From a virus: a stretch of DNA of 64,000 nt. The notes under the pieces are model-generated. The model searched no databases. It was not told the origin of the DNA and saw only the letters and a program-made list of their open reading frames with translations. Positions 63,955 through 64,000 of this stretch are shown piece by piece (the stretch's first letter is position 1; each line of letters opens with the position of its first letter). The translations under genes were made by a program, and so were the position numbers. The stretch lies in IMG/VR virus record IMGVR_UViG_3300028833_000003. One strand, 5' to 3'.

Positions 63955-64000
63955 TTACTGAAGTCTCATAATTTTAACAGCTGGTTGCATATCGCCAAGA
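63955..64000 (-). CDS. 3' end of an upstream virion gene (partial; scaffold-like position)
   Basis: An open frame enters from the window edge and ends ...GDMQPAVKIMRLQ with TAA at 63955-63957, just upstream of the SD of the capsid gene. Confidence 0.3.
   Translation of the reverse strand, partial: LGDMQPAVKIMRLQ

Noticed and set aside
1-64000. TGA-to-Trp recoding (code 4) as an alternative explanation for the fragmented ORFs.
   Set aside because: The fragment ends are TAG, not TGA. TGA terminates several genes (61630, 59832, 41195, 38990, 28806, 26425) and is immediately followed by the next gene's start, most with an SD.
1-64000. Searched by eye for CRISPR arrays, DGR template/variable repeat pairs near fibre C-termini, integrase/transposase genes, and rRNA/tRNA genes.
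   Set aside because: No regularly spaced direct repeats, no reverse-transcriptase-like or recombinase-like ORF, and no tRNA-like cloverleaf were found. A computational repeat search could still reveal diverged TR/VR pairs that I cannot see manually.

Overview
The whole 64 kb window is one minus-strand virion (head-to-tail-to-fibre) module of a large, visibly AT-rich tailed phage. It is only readable if TAG is a sense codon, almost certainly Gln (genetic code 15). Under the standard code the minus strand breaks into about 100 short ORFs. Every fragment end I checked is CTA on the + strand (= TAG), and the next fragment continues in the same frame. I walked the frames codon by codon with TAG as sense. 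The window then resolves into about 27 genes that end only in TAA or TGA, mostly preceded by strong Shine-Dalgarno (SD) sites, with hairpin terminators after several of them. Gene order from 64000 down to 1 is: putative major capsid protein, head-completion and connector genes, putative major tail protein, chaperone-like gene, a 4,551-codon tape measure protein (TMP), baseplate and hub genes including a 2,314-codon one, then a battery of fibre and receptor-binding genes. The fibre set includes 2,681-codon and 2,612-codon giants and a LamG-repeat protein that runs off the window edge. No gene is supported on the + strand. I saw no tRNA (including no suppressor tRNA), rRNA, CRISPR array, integrase or reverse transcriptase here. 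Limits: product names come from motif recognition by eye, not from searches. TAG counts are manual. Two loci (about 41.1-41.25 kb and 56.66-56.86 kb) have unresolved frame breaks.
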